39,682 nucleotides of DNA from Silvanigrellaceae bacterium (lineage in GTDB: Bacteria > Bdellovibrionota_B > Oligoflexia > Silvanigrellales > Silvanigrellaceae): assembly GCA_049423385.1 (NCBI GenBank), contig JBMSQQ010000024.1:1-39682 (forward strand), given 5' to 3'. The translations under genes were made by a program, and so were the position numbers. Below, piece after piece: positions 28,401 through 36,976 of this stretch; position 1 is the first letter of the stretch, and every line of letters begins with the position of its first letter. Under the pieces are notes generated by a model. That model searched no databases and had not been told where the DNA came from. It saw nothing but the letters and a program-made list of their open reading frames with translations.

Positions 28401-30426
28401 ACAGCACGATATCTGTGGCTGGCTCACCCAGATTGACAACGCTGATGGTGAAGCTTTTCAGGAAAGACAAACCGGCTGCGTCGGTGGTGCGGATCGAGAT
28501 TGAATACGAGGTCTTGCTCTCGTAATTCACGATGCTGTTGGTTCGCAGCGTGTTGCCCACGATCGTGAAAGCCGATGAGTCGGGTCCTCCCAGAAGGAGA
28601 GTCTGGGTATCGCCAATATCCTGGTCTGCGATTGTTATCGTTGCAACAGTGGAACCCAGTGCAACGTTTTCGCTGACGCTTGATTGCGACAGCGTGATGT
28701 TCGTCGGGCTTTCGTTGAGATTCGTGGCATTGACAACAAATATTTTGGTGTACTCCCTGAGCTCCTGATCCCGTACTGTGATGGTGATCGAATAATTCTG
28801 CTTGTTTTCGAAGTTGATCAACTTGCTGGTGACGAGCAGGTTATACGAGACGGCAAAATAGGAACCATCCGCGCCACCCACCGAATAGGTGAAGACGCTG
28901 TTCGGATCCCGGGCGATTGCCCCCAATGTTCCCACCAGCGATCCGACGGAGATGATCGACGTGTGCTCTGCAATCGTGGAGTTGCTCAGGGTGATGTCCG
29001 TGGGCGCATAATTCGCCACGTCCAGAGTGAAACTCCTGCTTGCAGTGAGTGATCCATCGGTCACAATGACACTGATTTGGCTGATACCGGCAACTCCCGG
29101 TTTGGGATACATCAGCAATTTGCAATTTGGAAAAGTTCCACCCAAAACGATGTTCTGGTTTGGAAGCAGTGCACTGTTGTCCGAGCGCGCAGAAACAGAT
29201 GAGCCGCAGGAGAGAGCGCTTTCGGTGTCCTGAGCAACCAGTGCAACCTCGATCGATGATGTGTTGATCGGCACCGTCTTGTTGGCAAGCGCAGCGAGTG
29301 TTGGTGCCGTGTTGTTGAACTTGATTCTAAAAACGGTTGAGAGTTTCACGGCAGTGGCTGATTCACCGGCAATGCGGACAAACACATCAGAGCCGTTGTT
29401 GAAAGGAAATTGATTTCGGAGGAAGCCACAGGTTGCACCGTCGGTTGATTTCATCGGCCCGCTTGCCGCAGTGCGAAATGCGGAGTCCGAACAGTCCTGA
29501 TAATCGCTGACAAAATTTATTCCAGTGGCCGATTCATTTGCCGAAGGATATGTTCCAGCAAGGCCATCCCAGGCTGACATCGTGGATTCCGAAAATGAAT
29601 AGGCGATCCGCACATCGGCTGAGTCTGCAAATGCGTTCTGCCATGCAAATCTGACCGTTGTGTCCGTGCTGACGTTGGTTGCCAGGGTGTAGACGTCCAC
29701 CGTCTTGGCAGCAGGCTCGGTGTTGTTGGGCAGCGAAACTGGAGTGATCGTCACTTCTTCCACTGTCGTCGAGGTGGGAGCTCCGCCGGTTGTTGTGGCA
29801 ACGCGGTTTTCTGGAACCTGAAGTGCCAATTTTCTATCGAGCGCAACCGGCTCAGCAACCGAGCCGTCTGCTGACGGAGGACTCGGTTGAGCAGGGTAAT
29901 TGGGTAGCGCCGTGAGTCCTTCATCAACCCGTTTCTGGCTGACAGCCTGTGCAACGTCGCCGGGAAGACTGACTGATGAATTGATGACGCGGTTCGCGTC
30001 CTGAATCCTGAAATCCAGGTTGGATGCCCTGATTTTGCTGACCGGGAGCGAGACCTTGCCTGCATCGTTTGACTCTGTCTGAAACAAAACCCCGGACGCA
30101 GACAAATTGAGTGCAAAAGTCAAAAGGTTCAAGGCAGAAGGAGTGCTTGTGGTGGCTTCCTCGCCCAGCAAATCAACCTTCGCGCGTGCGATGGGGGTGC
30201 CGTCATCCCGGCGCAATTCAGCAACCAGATAACTGCCCAGAACAGGAACCGGAGGAGTCACCCTGCCTGAGCCACCGCCCGTGGTGTCGGTTCCAACGGC
30301 CGGAGTGCCACTCAATGGAGGTACTCCCTGGCCGCCGTCCGCGCCAGCGCGCTGCTTGCATCCTTCTGAACCCAACAATGCGAAAAACGCAGCTGCCTTC
30401 AGAAAGGTTTGAATTGAGTTTTTCAT
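25408..30426 (-). CDS. 1672-aa surface lipoprotein/adhesin with cadherin-like repeats, LamG-like and discoidin-like domains
   Basis: Signal ending at Cys23. Four cadherin-like repeats (PTDITLSNSTIAE, PTNITLSQSSVSEN, ATDIVLSSSIINEN, PTNIVLSRSTVWEN), LamG (FTMEGW, WHHVAL, VDELRL), discoidin (WIKMDL...YSLDG...ARYLRI) and a second LamG-like domain (WYDASD...GEISELL...ERYLATKW). Confidence 0.85.
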   Translation of the reverse strand: MKNSIQTFLKAAAFFALLGSEGCKQRAGADGGQGVPPLSGTPAVGTDTTGGGSGRVTPPVPVLGSYLVAELRRDDGTPIARAKVDLLGEEATTSTPSALNLLTFALNLSASGVLFQTESNDAGKVSLPVSKIRASNLDFRIQDANRVINSSVSLPGDVAQAVSQKRVDEGLTALPNYPAQPSPPSADGSVAEPVALDRKLALQVPENRVATTTGGAPTSTTVEEVTITPVSLPNNTEPAAKTVDVYTLATNVSTDTTVRFAWQNAFADSADVRIAYSFSESTMSAWDGLAGTYPSANESATGINFVSDYQDCSDSAFRTAASGPMKSTDGATCGFLRNQFPFNNGSDVFVRIAGESATAVKLSTVFRIKFNNTAPTLAALANKTVPINTSSIEVALVAQDTESALSCGSSVSARSDNSALLPNQNIVLGGTFPNCKLLMYPKPGVAGISQISVIVTDGSLTASRSFTLDVANYAPTDITLSNSTIAEHTSIISVGSLVGTLGAIARDPNSVFTYSVGGADGSYFAVSYNLLVTSKLINFENKQNYSITITVRDQELREYTKIFVVNATNLNESPTNITLSQSSVSENVALGSTVATITIADQDIGDTQTLLLGGPDSSAFTIVGNTLRTNSIVNYESKTSYSISIRTTDAAGLSFLKSFTISVVNLGEPATDIVLSSSIINENQPVGTTVGTLRSVDPDYPDPNLPGPVTYTLSGPDASSFSINGTTLRSAAVFQKSIKSSYEIIITATDTDGSQFVKGFLITVNEANAPTSFPPTNIVLSRSTVWENAGTNAVVGALSAVDMDSTAADITFTLVAGDGDSDNASFNISSKKLQANLSLDFELQDVFSVRVRATDEAGVYFEKAMTVNVIDVVEDEYFDNVVLLAHLDGAQGSTTYTDSSKFKRTLTNSSTTGHTSSISRFGNTSLQIKNGYVSVSGVNIASGVDFTMEGWWYRTVDLSYGPKMLFYTSGNPDTTKSNTRFTLQDGTSLMGVTTTNTSDTNVLNPVGLSTSPTVALNTWHHVALSRQSGTLRLFLNGSLVKSANCSDCFTNNGTLQFARSHLGLDGGFVDELRLTMNVARYVTNFTPPSTPFPDDAPPSFIPSLLGPTYSQSSTHPDSTAVQNAFLTDASILGGVAATNAETGGWIKMDLKRNYLIDRVVIGTSRSTATAPLDQKSLTENKLVEYSLDGFAWKTAFTTGTLPEFGIYKFDVDFHARYLRIKSTSGSPEVLAVSEFHALSPGQFHTPGDFTPRNVVPVAWYDASDASTVHLDSPAGTSDSVVGWSDKSIWRRDLAQTNPANRTGIGRSAFNGRNALRWPTTDNNKFLEHTGSVTTSEIYAVGRFASPTGTNFTNNEGLISPRNNLSSSWMTAFGSSAGFNVTSFVYLFLNAFNDTNRVDSLFPEINSLSLMRTVTESSNPITSANGITVGIDRLQTSQGRGWKGEISELLLFSPPLTTDNRGNLERYLATKWNLTSGSPPPANPIKFVGMTKSTVPTISTAAPAHNVGDLLVVISSTADSRPVQDFAGFTVLFSAGSTNWGSLIKIQWKIATGTSLTLPPFGSTAYGSDQLSILVYSNATIGASASSIDPSVQATFPYVEFNNPDTSWALRILGKGSGYSYQLPAPGYFHRDVQYFANISDSADMTTSPTAIAAPSSPGINTWAATIELKRKP

Positions 30427-30624
30427 CAGACCAAATCCTCAATCGATTCATTCGGTTGAAATCATGCATGACTTGAGAATCTAATTTTTTGATTATAATT
30501 TCAGTTTTTTTGGATATTTACGAAAATTGACAAGTGGATAAGTGTGTACCGTCACCGATATCGGGTTCGCTGTGATAGGCTCGTCGAGGAGCTTCATGAA
30601 TGCGGTTCAACGGAGTCAACTCGA

Positions 30625-31203
30625 ATGAAGAAAAAGAGCACTGCTTCCTGGCTCCTGGCATTGCTCGTTTCGTTGCAAGCTGCATCCTGCAAGCCCCAAA
30701 ATTCCGAACAGGAAGCCGGTACATCATCTGCACTTCTTTCTTCAAGGGGTCTCGAAATCAGTGCGCTTTGGCCAGCAATCAAGCTTGGGGCGTTCAGCGT
30801 ACTGGCCGAGGACTTCGCAACTCGGCTGACAGTGCAGACGCACCTTGAACGTCAGAATATTCAGGTGTTCGACTATTTTACGAAGTTGCCAAACTTGTTG
30901 CATGGTGAACGATTTGGAGTGAGTGAAATCCACTACTCCGATTTGTTTGCAAAATCGAAAGTCGTCTCAGGCATTGGCAGTATTGGTTTCAGTTATTATC
31001 CGGTGCAAAAGCCATCGTTGGAGTCAGAGAGCTGCTGGTTGGTTGAGATACTCAATATTCATTTGCCGAATTTGGGGATTTCATGGAAATCGCGGGCCCA
31101 CTTTTTCAAGACCTGGACTTCACACGGAGCCGCCGCTCCCGCTCCTCCAAAATACGTCAACAAGATCTGCTTTGGGATCGCGAATCCTTCGATTGAAGGT
31201 TAG
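30625..31203 (+). CDS. Hypothetical lipoprotein
   Basis: MKKKSTASWLLALLVSLQAASC signal/lipobox. GGAG upstream of ATG 30625. Confidence 0.6.
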   Translation: MKKKSTASWLLALLVSLQAASCKPQNSEQEAGTSSALLSSRGLEISALWPAIKLGAFSVLAEDFATRLTVQTHLERQNIQVFDYFTKLPNLLHGERFGVSEIHYSDLFAKSKVVSGIGSIGFSYYPVQKPSLESESCWLVEILNIHLPNLGISWKSRAHFFKTWTSHGAAAPAPPKYVNKICFGIANPSIEG

Positions 31204-31359
31204 CCTCACGATTTGAGCATTTTATGCTTTCCATTTTTCAAGAAGTTCAAAAGGTGTTCAGCAGCGCTCTGTCGCTTGAGCCGCTCTTTTGTCGAAGGTG
31301 TTTGCCAGGTTCTGCTGACTTCGAATATATTTTCAGCAGTGTGTGGAGGATTCAACACA

Positions 31360-31941
31360 ATGAAATTGATCAACCTGGTGGTATCGGCTGGAGCAGTGTT
31401 TTTGGTTCAGTGCTCCGACAGCAAAAGCTCTTCCGGAACGGTGTTTGGCAACATGACCTTTTCAAACACATCGTCCAACGATGCAACCCTCACGACCCTG
31501 ACAAAGCTTGTCAGTTGCACGCGCAACGCAGACTACGGGACGTTTGATTTTGAAGCGATGAGTGAAGATGGAAATTCGAGCATCAAGCTGAGGGTCAAAG
31601 GTTTCAAATCGACGATGGAGACCTACACCTGCACCCAAACTGCCGACAATCGCACCGGGACGAGCCTTGGCTCCAAGTTTGACAATTGCTTTGTGTTTGC
31701 CCGGGTTGCCTCACCCACCGGCGTGAATGCCTACAGCATGTATCGCGAGGAGGCTGAAAAGAATCAAAGCTTCACCTACGGCGGAACTTGTCAGATTCAG
31801 TTCAGCGAAGCCACACCACGTGCCAAAGGAAAAGTTGTCTGTTCAAAGATGATTCAGACAGTTTTGAACGGCACCACCCGCAACCCCATTTCCGATACGG
31901 TCACGGGTGATGTTTCAGCTGAATTCGATTGTCAGATCTGA
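31360..31941 (+). CDS. Hypothetical beta-rich lipoprotein with six additional Cys
   Basis: GGAGG RBS. MKLINLVVSAGAVFLVQC is followed by a Ser-rich linker and a Thr/Ser-rich beta-type sequence. Confidence 0.75.
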   Translation: MKLINLVVSAGAVFLVQCSDSKSSSGTVFGNMTFSNTSSNDATLTTLTKLVSCTRNADYGTFDFEAMSEDGNSSIKLRVKGFKSTMETYTCTQTADNRTGTSLGSKFDNCFVFARVASPTGVNAYSMYREEAEKNQSFTYGGTCQIQFSEATPRAKGKVVCSKMIQTVLNGTTRNPISDTVTGDVSAEFDCQI

Positions 31942-31964
31942 GCAGTTTGCTTTCCAGATCTGAC
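31931..31964. terminator. Hairpin between convergent genes
   Basis: GTCAGATCTG (31931-31940) is the exact reverse complement of CAGATCTGAC (31955-31964), with inner AGCA/TGCT pairing. No clear U-tract. Confidence 0.4.
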
Positions 31965-31975
31965 CGTCACGAGAA

Positions 31976-33613
31976 TCAGACCTGGCCAATGATGTTGGCT
32001 GGTGCTGAATAAAGGTTTGCGTAATATTCCCTCAACATGCGGTCTGCTGAGAAAGCATCTGTGCAGCTGGAAATGCTTTCCTTCATCATCTTCAGCCAAC
32101 GCGGGCGGTCGTTGTAGTAGGTTGGAATCACTTCATCGACCAAGACTTTGTAGAGAGCGAGCGCATCTCGTTCATCTTGAGCAGCGACGTTGGGTGGAAC
32201 CTGTTCGTCGCCAATCGCCCAGCCATTGACTCCGTGCTTGCAAGCTTCCGGCCACCAGCCGTCGAGGATGCTGACGTTGAGCACACCATTCATCGCCGCT
32301 TTCATGCCCGATGTTCCGCACGCTTCGAGTGGCCGGCGTGGGTTGTTCAACCAGACGTCGCAGCCGCGGGTCAGTGCCCGGCCGATGTCCATGTCATAGT
32401 TTTCAAGGAAGACAACACTGTTGGGGTACTGGCGCGACATCTGGACAAGGTTGTGGACGATGGCTTTGCCTGTGTCGTCGAGCGGGTGAGCCTTGCCTGA
32501 GAACACAATTTGAACTTTGCCGCTCTTGAGGAGTTCGCCGAGTTTGTTTTCATAGGCAAAAATCAAGTTGCTGCGTTTGTAGGGAGCAGCGCGACGCGAG
32601 AATCCAACGAGCAATGAGTCAGCGTTCAGCTGAACCCCTGTGCGCTTCTTGATGAATTCGATCGTGTCTTTTTTCACTTCCTGATGGGATGCCCACATGG
32701 AATCCAGGGAAGTGAAATCACGGCGCATGCGTTCGTCGACCCAGGTTGGAACGTGGATGCCGTTGGTGATACCGATAATCGACGAACGACCCGAAACGTC
32801 CGACCACATTTGGTTCGCCGTTTCGGCGTGGAGTTGGGCAACGGCGTTTGCGTTCCGGGAAAGACGCAGGCCTGCCACGGTCATGTTGAATGGTGTTCCG
32901 CCGATGCGATTGAGTTGTTCAATACTCAAGCCGAGGTTGGCACCCATGTAATTCAACAGTTCGATGTTGTGGTGCTCATTGCCTTCCTTGATGGGAGTGT
33001 GGGTGGTGAACACAATCTGCTGGCGGGTTTGTTGCCAAGCAGAGTCGAAGTTTTGTCCTTGTGCCATTTTTTGGCGGATGAGTTCGAGTCCGGCCAGTGC
33101 GGCGTGTCCTTCATTGAAATGATAGACGTCCACTGCGTGACCCAGTGCTTGAAGGGCACGGACACCGCCCACGCCAAGAACGATTTCCTGGGCGACGCGT
33201 TCTTCGCCAAACCAACCGTAAAGTTGACCCGTGATCCATTTGTCGGCGTTTTCAGGAATGTCTGTGTCCAGCAAGTAGAGTGGGGCGTTGTTGTAGGCAT
33301 CGCAGAGCCAAACCTTGCACCAAACATCATTTTGGCGAATTTTCACGCTGACCTTGATGCCGGTGTCCTTGAGTTCGGGATATTGGAAGTTGTGGTAGGC
33401 GTCGTAGGGTTTGCCGTCTGCTCCAATTCTTTGCTCTGTATAACCTTGTTTCCACTTGAGACCGATGCCGACCAGGGGAAGTTTGTTGTCTTTTGCACCC
33501 TTGAGAGTGTCTCCGGCCAAAATTCCAAGACCGCCGCAGTAGATCTTCAGGGCTGTTTCAAGGCCGTATTCCATACAGAAATAAGCGACAGATGGCTTTT
33601 GTGTCGTAGACAT
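31976..33613 (-). CDS. glgP: Alpha-glucan (glycogen/maltodextrin) phosphorylase, short form
   Basis: AYFCMEYGL...GGLGILAGD, HFNEGHAA, FTTHTP, ITNGIH, RRAAPYKR, GKAHP and EACGTSGMKA (PLP Lys). ATG 33613 follows GGAG. Confidence 0.93.
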   Translation of the reverse strand: MSTTQKPSVAYFCMEYGLETALKIYCGGLGILAGDTLKGAKDNKLPLVGIGLKWKQGYTEQRIGADGKPYDAYHNFQYPELKDTGIKVSVKIRQNDVWCKVWLCDAYNNAPLYLLDTDIPENADKWITGQLYGWFGEERVAQEIVLGVGGVRALQALGHAVDVYHFNEGHAALAGLELIRQKMAQGQNFDSAWQQTRQQIVFTTHTPIKEGNEHHNIELLNYMGANLGLSIEQLNRIGGTPFNMTVAGLRLSRNANAVAQLHAETANQMWSDVSGRSSIIGITNGIHVPTWVDERMRRDFTSLDSMWASHQEVKKDTIEFIKKRTGVQLNADSLLVGFSRRAAPYKRSNLIFAYENKLGELLKSGKVQIVFSGKAHPLDDTGKAIVHNLVQMSRQYPNSVVFLENYDMDIGRALTRGCDVWLNNPRRPLEACGTSGMKAAMNGVLNVSILDGWWPEACKHGVNGWAIGDEQVPPNVAAQDERDALALYKVLVDEVIPTYYNDRPRWLKMMKESISSCTDAFSADRMLREYYANLYSAPANIIGQV

Positions 33614-33646
33614 AAGTGCTCCAAAATGAGTGGTGTTCAATGAACT

Positions 33647-34024
33647 TTATTTGGACAGGAGAAATTTCAGTCCCGCCGAGACCAGGACAATACCAAATAT
33701 TTTCTTGAGTGTGTCTTGTGGCAATTGAAGAGCCAGGGTGGCTCCAAGATAGGCCCCCAACGCCATTGCCAGAGCGATATAAAGGGATGAGCGGATCTCC
33801 AGGTTTCCAGCATTGTAATACTTGATGGCTGCAAAAATTCCGACTGGCAGAATGAGTGCTCCGATGGAGGTGCCCTGGGCTGAAATTTGCGTCATACCGC
33901 CAATCATCACGAGAAGCGGCACGATCACGAGTCCGCCGCCAATTCCTACCAATCCGCTAAGTATTCCTGCGGCGAGCCCAATACCCAACAGCGTCCAGAC
34001 TGATATCACCCGGGATCCTCCCAC
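33647..34024 (-). CDS. Half-size TauE/SafE (TSUP) family membrane protein
   Basis: GLAAGILSGLVGIGGGLVIVP and AQGTS motifs. About 4 TM segments in 125 aa. Confidence 0.88.
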   Translation of the reverse strand: MGGSRVISVWTLLGIGLAAGILSGLVGIGGGLVIVPLLVMIGGMTQISAQGTSIGALILPVGIFAAIKYYNAGNLEIRSSLYIALAMALGAYLGATLALQLPQDTLKKIFGIVLVSAGLKFLLSK

Positions 34025-34699
34025 TTATTTTTCTTTGGAAACGGTTGTCGATTTTTGCTCATGCAAGACTACCAGATGAAGCAATGCTTCCAAGTAGGCT
34101 TCTGATTTTTCAACAGTCTCGCCTCCACAGTAAATTCCGTGTTGGGAAAGCATGAATAGAACCGGACCTTTTTTTTCCGAGGGTTCAGCAAACTGCTTTG
34201 CTTCGATGTCATTGGCGAGTTGGCGCATGTCCTGGTTGTTTTCATAAACCTTGAGAACCAGCGGTGTCGTGTGGCCTTGAGTTCCCAGGGCTTTGAGCAG
34301 TTCGTGTCCCGCAATTTTAACAGAGGGAGGTCTGAGGTTTTCAAGCTCCGGGGCATGGCAATGAAGAATGCACCCCACCCATGGACACTTTTCATAGACC
34401 AGCGCGTGAAGCAAAGTTTCATCGCTCGCCTTTGGCGCTATTGGGGCACATGCGTTTCCTGCCAGGTCCACAAGCAAGAAGTCGCCTGGAGTAAGATCGC
34501 GCTTGTGTTTGCCCGATCTGGAAATCAGAAATGATGATGGGTCGCGTCGCAAACTGAAATTGCTGCTGGTGGCTGGTATTGCGTGGCGATTGTCGAGTCG
34601 TGCAGCAACGTCGCACAGATTCCCCAACTTGATTTGTTCAAACAATGAAAGTGCAATCTGACCACTGGCGTCGAATCGGTATTTGCGTTCACTGCGCAT
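34025..34699 (-). CDS. mtnB: Methylthioribulose-1-phosphate dehydratase (class II aldolase fold)
   Basis: ATSSNFS, SRSGKHK, SDETLLH, LHCH, GHELLKAL, ENNQDM and HGIY. ATG 34699 overlaps the end of the RLP gene, in an operon with mtnA. Confidence 0.87.
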   Translation of the reverse strand: MRSERKYRFDASGQIALSLFEQIKLGNLCDVAARLDNRHAIPATSSNFSLRRDPSSFLISRSGKHKRDLTPGDFLLVDLAGNACAPIAPKASDETLLHALVYEKCPWVGCILHCHAPELENLRPPSVKIAGHELLKALGTQGHTTPLVLKVYENNQDMRQLANDIEAKQFAEPSEKKGPVLFMLSQHGIYCGGETVEKSEAYLEALLHLVVLHEQKSTTVSKEK

Positions 34700-35867
34700 C
34701 GGAACAAGCCTCCAGGCGGTTGAGGAATTCCCTCGCAGAATCGGCAACCGATTTACCGCTGGCGAAAATTGCGGTTCCCGCATTCAAAATAAAATTCTGT
34801 CCAAAATCTGCGCAAGCCATTTCAACATGTTCGGGCTTTATTCCGGCACTCGGCACGGGCGTTGTCGAAAGCACTTTCGCATCCAGTTCCTTGGTGCACT
34901 CGTGAGCGATTTCGATTGTCGTTGGCTTCGGCAATCCAATTTTTCCGTAGGGGCTGGGAAACAGGCTCAGGTCGGCGCCAGCTGCACGCATCAAACTTCC
35001 CAGTGCAACCCGCGGCGCGATGGCGTCCGTCGATGAGCCCAGTCCAAATGCTCCCGCCAGGGCTGGATGTGCGACGAGCGGAATTCGGGTGACCTCCCGC
35101 AAACTTTGCAGGGCCTCGAGTCCAGCCGTCCAGACATTCACGAGCAATGCATCCGCTCCGGCATCTTGCAATGATTTGCTCCAACCAGCGAGGTTGGCGC
35201 AAGCCTGCACATTGATCGGAGCGTGAGCCACGTAGAGTGTTTTGAGATGTTCTTTTTGTTTTCTCTCTGCAACTTTTTCAACGCGCTTGAGTGTGTCGTT
35301 GAGGCTTTCATCGTGGCGGATTTCATCGTCCTTCACCAAATGAACGCCTGCGTGAGCCACTTCCGTGTACAAATTGGCGAGCGAATCTGCGCCCATTGCC
35401 ACGTTGGGTTTGAGGATTCCCATCAACAATGGACGGCCAGCGTTTGCACCCGTTTGCTCGCGCAGCATGTCGAGGGAAACCTTCGGACCGGAAAGTCCAC
35501 CCTCAGAAAAACAGCGCGGGTCAAAGTCCAGTCCTTCCAGGCAAACCCCTTTATAAAAACTCATTTTTCCAAAAACAAGTGTCGTCAGCCAGGCAAGCCT
35601 TCCGTGCCAAAGCTGTCTCGGGAATGCGATTGTCGCGCGGAGGAAGTGTTCATCTTCGCCTATGGAGACAATCTTTGCGACCTTTTCCTGGAGAACCTGT
35701 TTTTCAACAAAACGTTCATCCCATGCACCAATGGTTTGGCCAATCGCAATCTCTTCAAAGATTTCGGCTGTGTGGATTTTTTTATCCACCCGGTAGGTGG
35801 CATATGCATGTGCTTCATTGTTGGATGGCGAAACAAGGATGGCTTTGTTTTTGGCTGCGTAACTCAT
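34689..35867 (-). CDS. mtnW: RuBisCO-like protein (form IV), 2,3-diketo-5-methylthiopentyl-1-phosphate enolase type
   Basis: IAIGQTIGAW, VFGKMS, GPK, GILKP, LVKDDE, VAHPALAGA, LFPSPYG, VPSAGI and LNAG. Lies between mtnA and mtnB. Confidence 0.85.
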   Translation of the reverse strand: MSYAAKNKAILVSPSNNEAHAYATYRVDKKIHTAEIFEEIAIGQTIGAWDERFVEKQVLQEKVAKIVSIGEDEHFLRATIAFPRQLWHGRLAWLTTLVFGKMSFYKGVCLEGLDFDPRCFSEGGLSGPKVSLDMLREQTGANAGRPLLMGILKPNVAMGADSLANLYTEVAHAGVHLVKDDEIRHDESLNDTLKRVEKVAERKQKEHLKTLYVAHAPINVQACANLAGWSKSLQDAGADALLVNVWTAGLEALQSLREVTRIPLVAHPALAGAFGLGSSTDAIAPRVALGSLMRAAGADLSLFPSPYGKIGLPKPTTIEIAHECTKELDAKVLSTTPVPSAGIKPEHVEMACADFGQNFILNAGTAIFASGKSVADSAREFLNRLEACSDAQ

Positions 35868-36976
35868 TTTCCGGCAACACCTTTCAAAAAACCGGGCAAG
35901 TTGAATCGGTGCTGCCCTTGTTGGGGAGTCACAACCCCAAGTTCAGTGACGATCCCGCTGATCAATTCTGCTGGCGTGACGTCAAAGGACGGATTCCAGA
36001 CCCCGATTCCTTCCGCGGCGAGCCGTTGTCCGAAGATATGGGTCAGTTCATTCGCAGGGCGTTGTTCGATGTGAATGTCACCGCCCGTGGCCTTGCTGAC
36101 GTCGATCGATGTGAGCGGAGCGGCAACGTAAAAAGGGACTCCATGATGCTTTGCCGCAATGGCGAGCTGATATGTGCCGATTTTGTTGGCCGTGTCGCCG
36201 TTGGCAACAACCCGATCGGCGCCCACGACAACAGCATCAATATTTTCCTGTTTCATCAAAAATGAGGCCATCGAATCCGTGATCAGCGTTGAGGGAATCT
36301 GTTCAAAAACAAGTTCAAACGCCGTGAGTCGTGCGCCCTGGTTGTAGGGTCTGGTTTCCGTGGCGTAGGCATGCGCCAACTGTCCGCGATCATGAAGCGC
36401 CCGGATGATTCCCAGGGCGGTGCCGTATCCAACTGTGGCAAGACTGCCTGTATTGCAGTGCGTGAGGATTTTGAGACTCGTCTTGCCTTTGAAAAGATCT
36501 GCCCCGTGCGAACCGATGGCCCGATTGTCCGAGATGTCTTTTTCAAGCATACCTTCGGCAAAATTCATCAGCGTTGAGGCCAGTGATTGAATCGACGTTG
36601 TTCCTTCGCCGGAATGCGATTGCGACTTGTTGATGATGTGCTTGATGCGATCGATCGCTTCAAACAGATTCACTGCCGTGGGTCGACTGCTGCCAAGCAA
36701 TTCAAGCCGTTCGTTCAGCATTCGGGTGAACATTGTCAGGTCTGCCGATTTTTCGACAATGCTTGGAAGTTCCACGGCAAGGCTCAGTGCTGCCGTGACG
36801 GCAATCGCCGGAGCACCACGAACCTGCATCGATTTTATTGCGTCTGCGGCCTGTGCGCAGTTTGCAATCGTGATGAATTCACTGCTGTGTGGCAGTTTCA
36901 ATTGATCGAGAATGCTCAGCGAGCCGCGAGAGTAGCGAATGGCCTCGAGTCGCGGTGTGCCTTTGGTCGTGTTCAT
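35864..36976 (-). CDS. mtnA: S-methyl-5-thioribose-1-phosphate isomerase
   Basis: [62 protein letters not shown] and [11 protein letters not shown] 36976 overlaps the upstream stop. Confidence 0.96.
   Translation of the reverse strand: [370 protein letters not shown]

Noticed and set aside
25408..30426. Prophage remnant or diversity-generating retroelement target
   Set aside because: No phage structural, integrase or reverse transcriptase genes, and I noticed no template/variable repeat pair. The ORF is intact and has a bacterial export signal.
32684..33643. 319-aa plus-strand ORF
   Set aside because: Antisense shadow of glgP.
34689..35867. Possible CO2-fixing RuBisCO, with MoxR as a CbbQ-like activase
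   Set aside because: The motifs are form IV and the gene is flanked by mtnA/mtnB. There is no small subunit or phosphoribulokinase, and the MoxR is 30 kb away and of the ordinary type.
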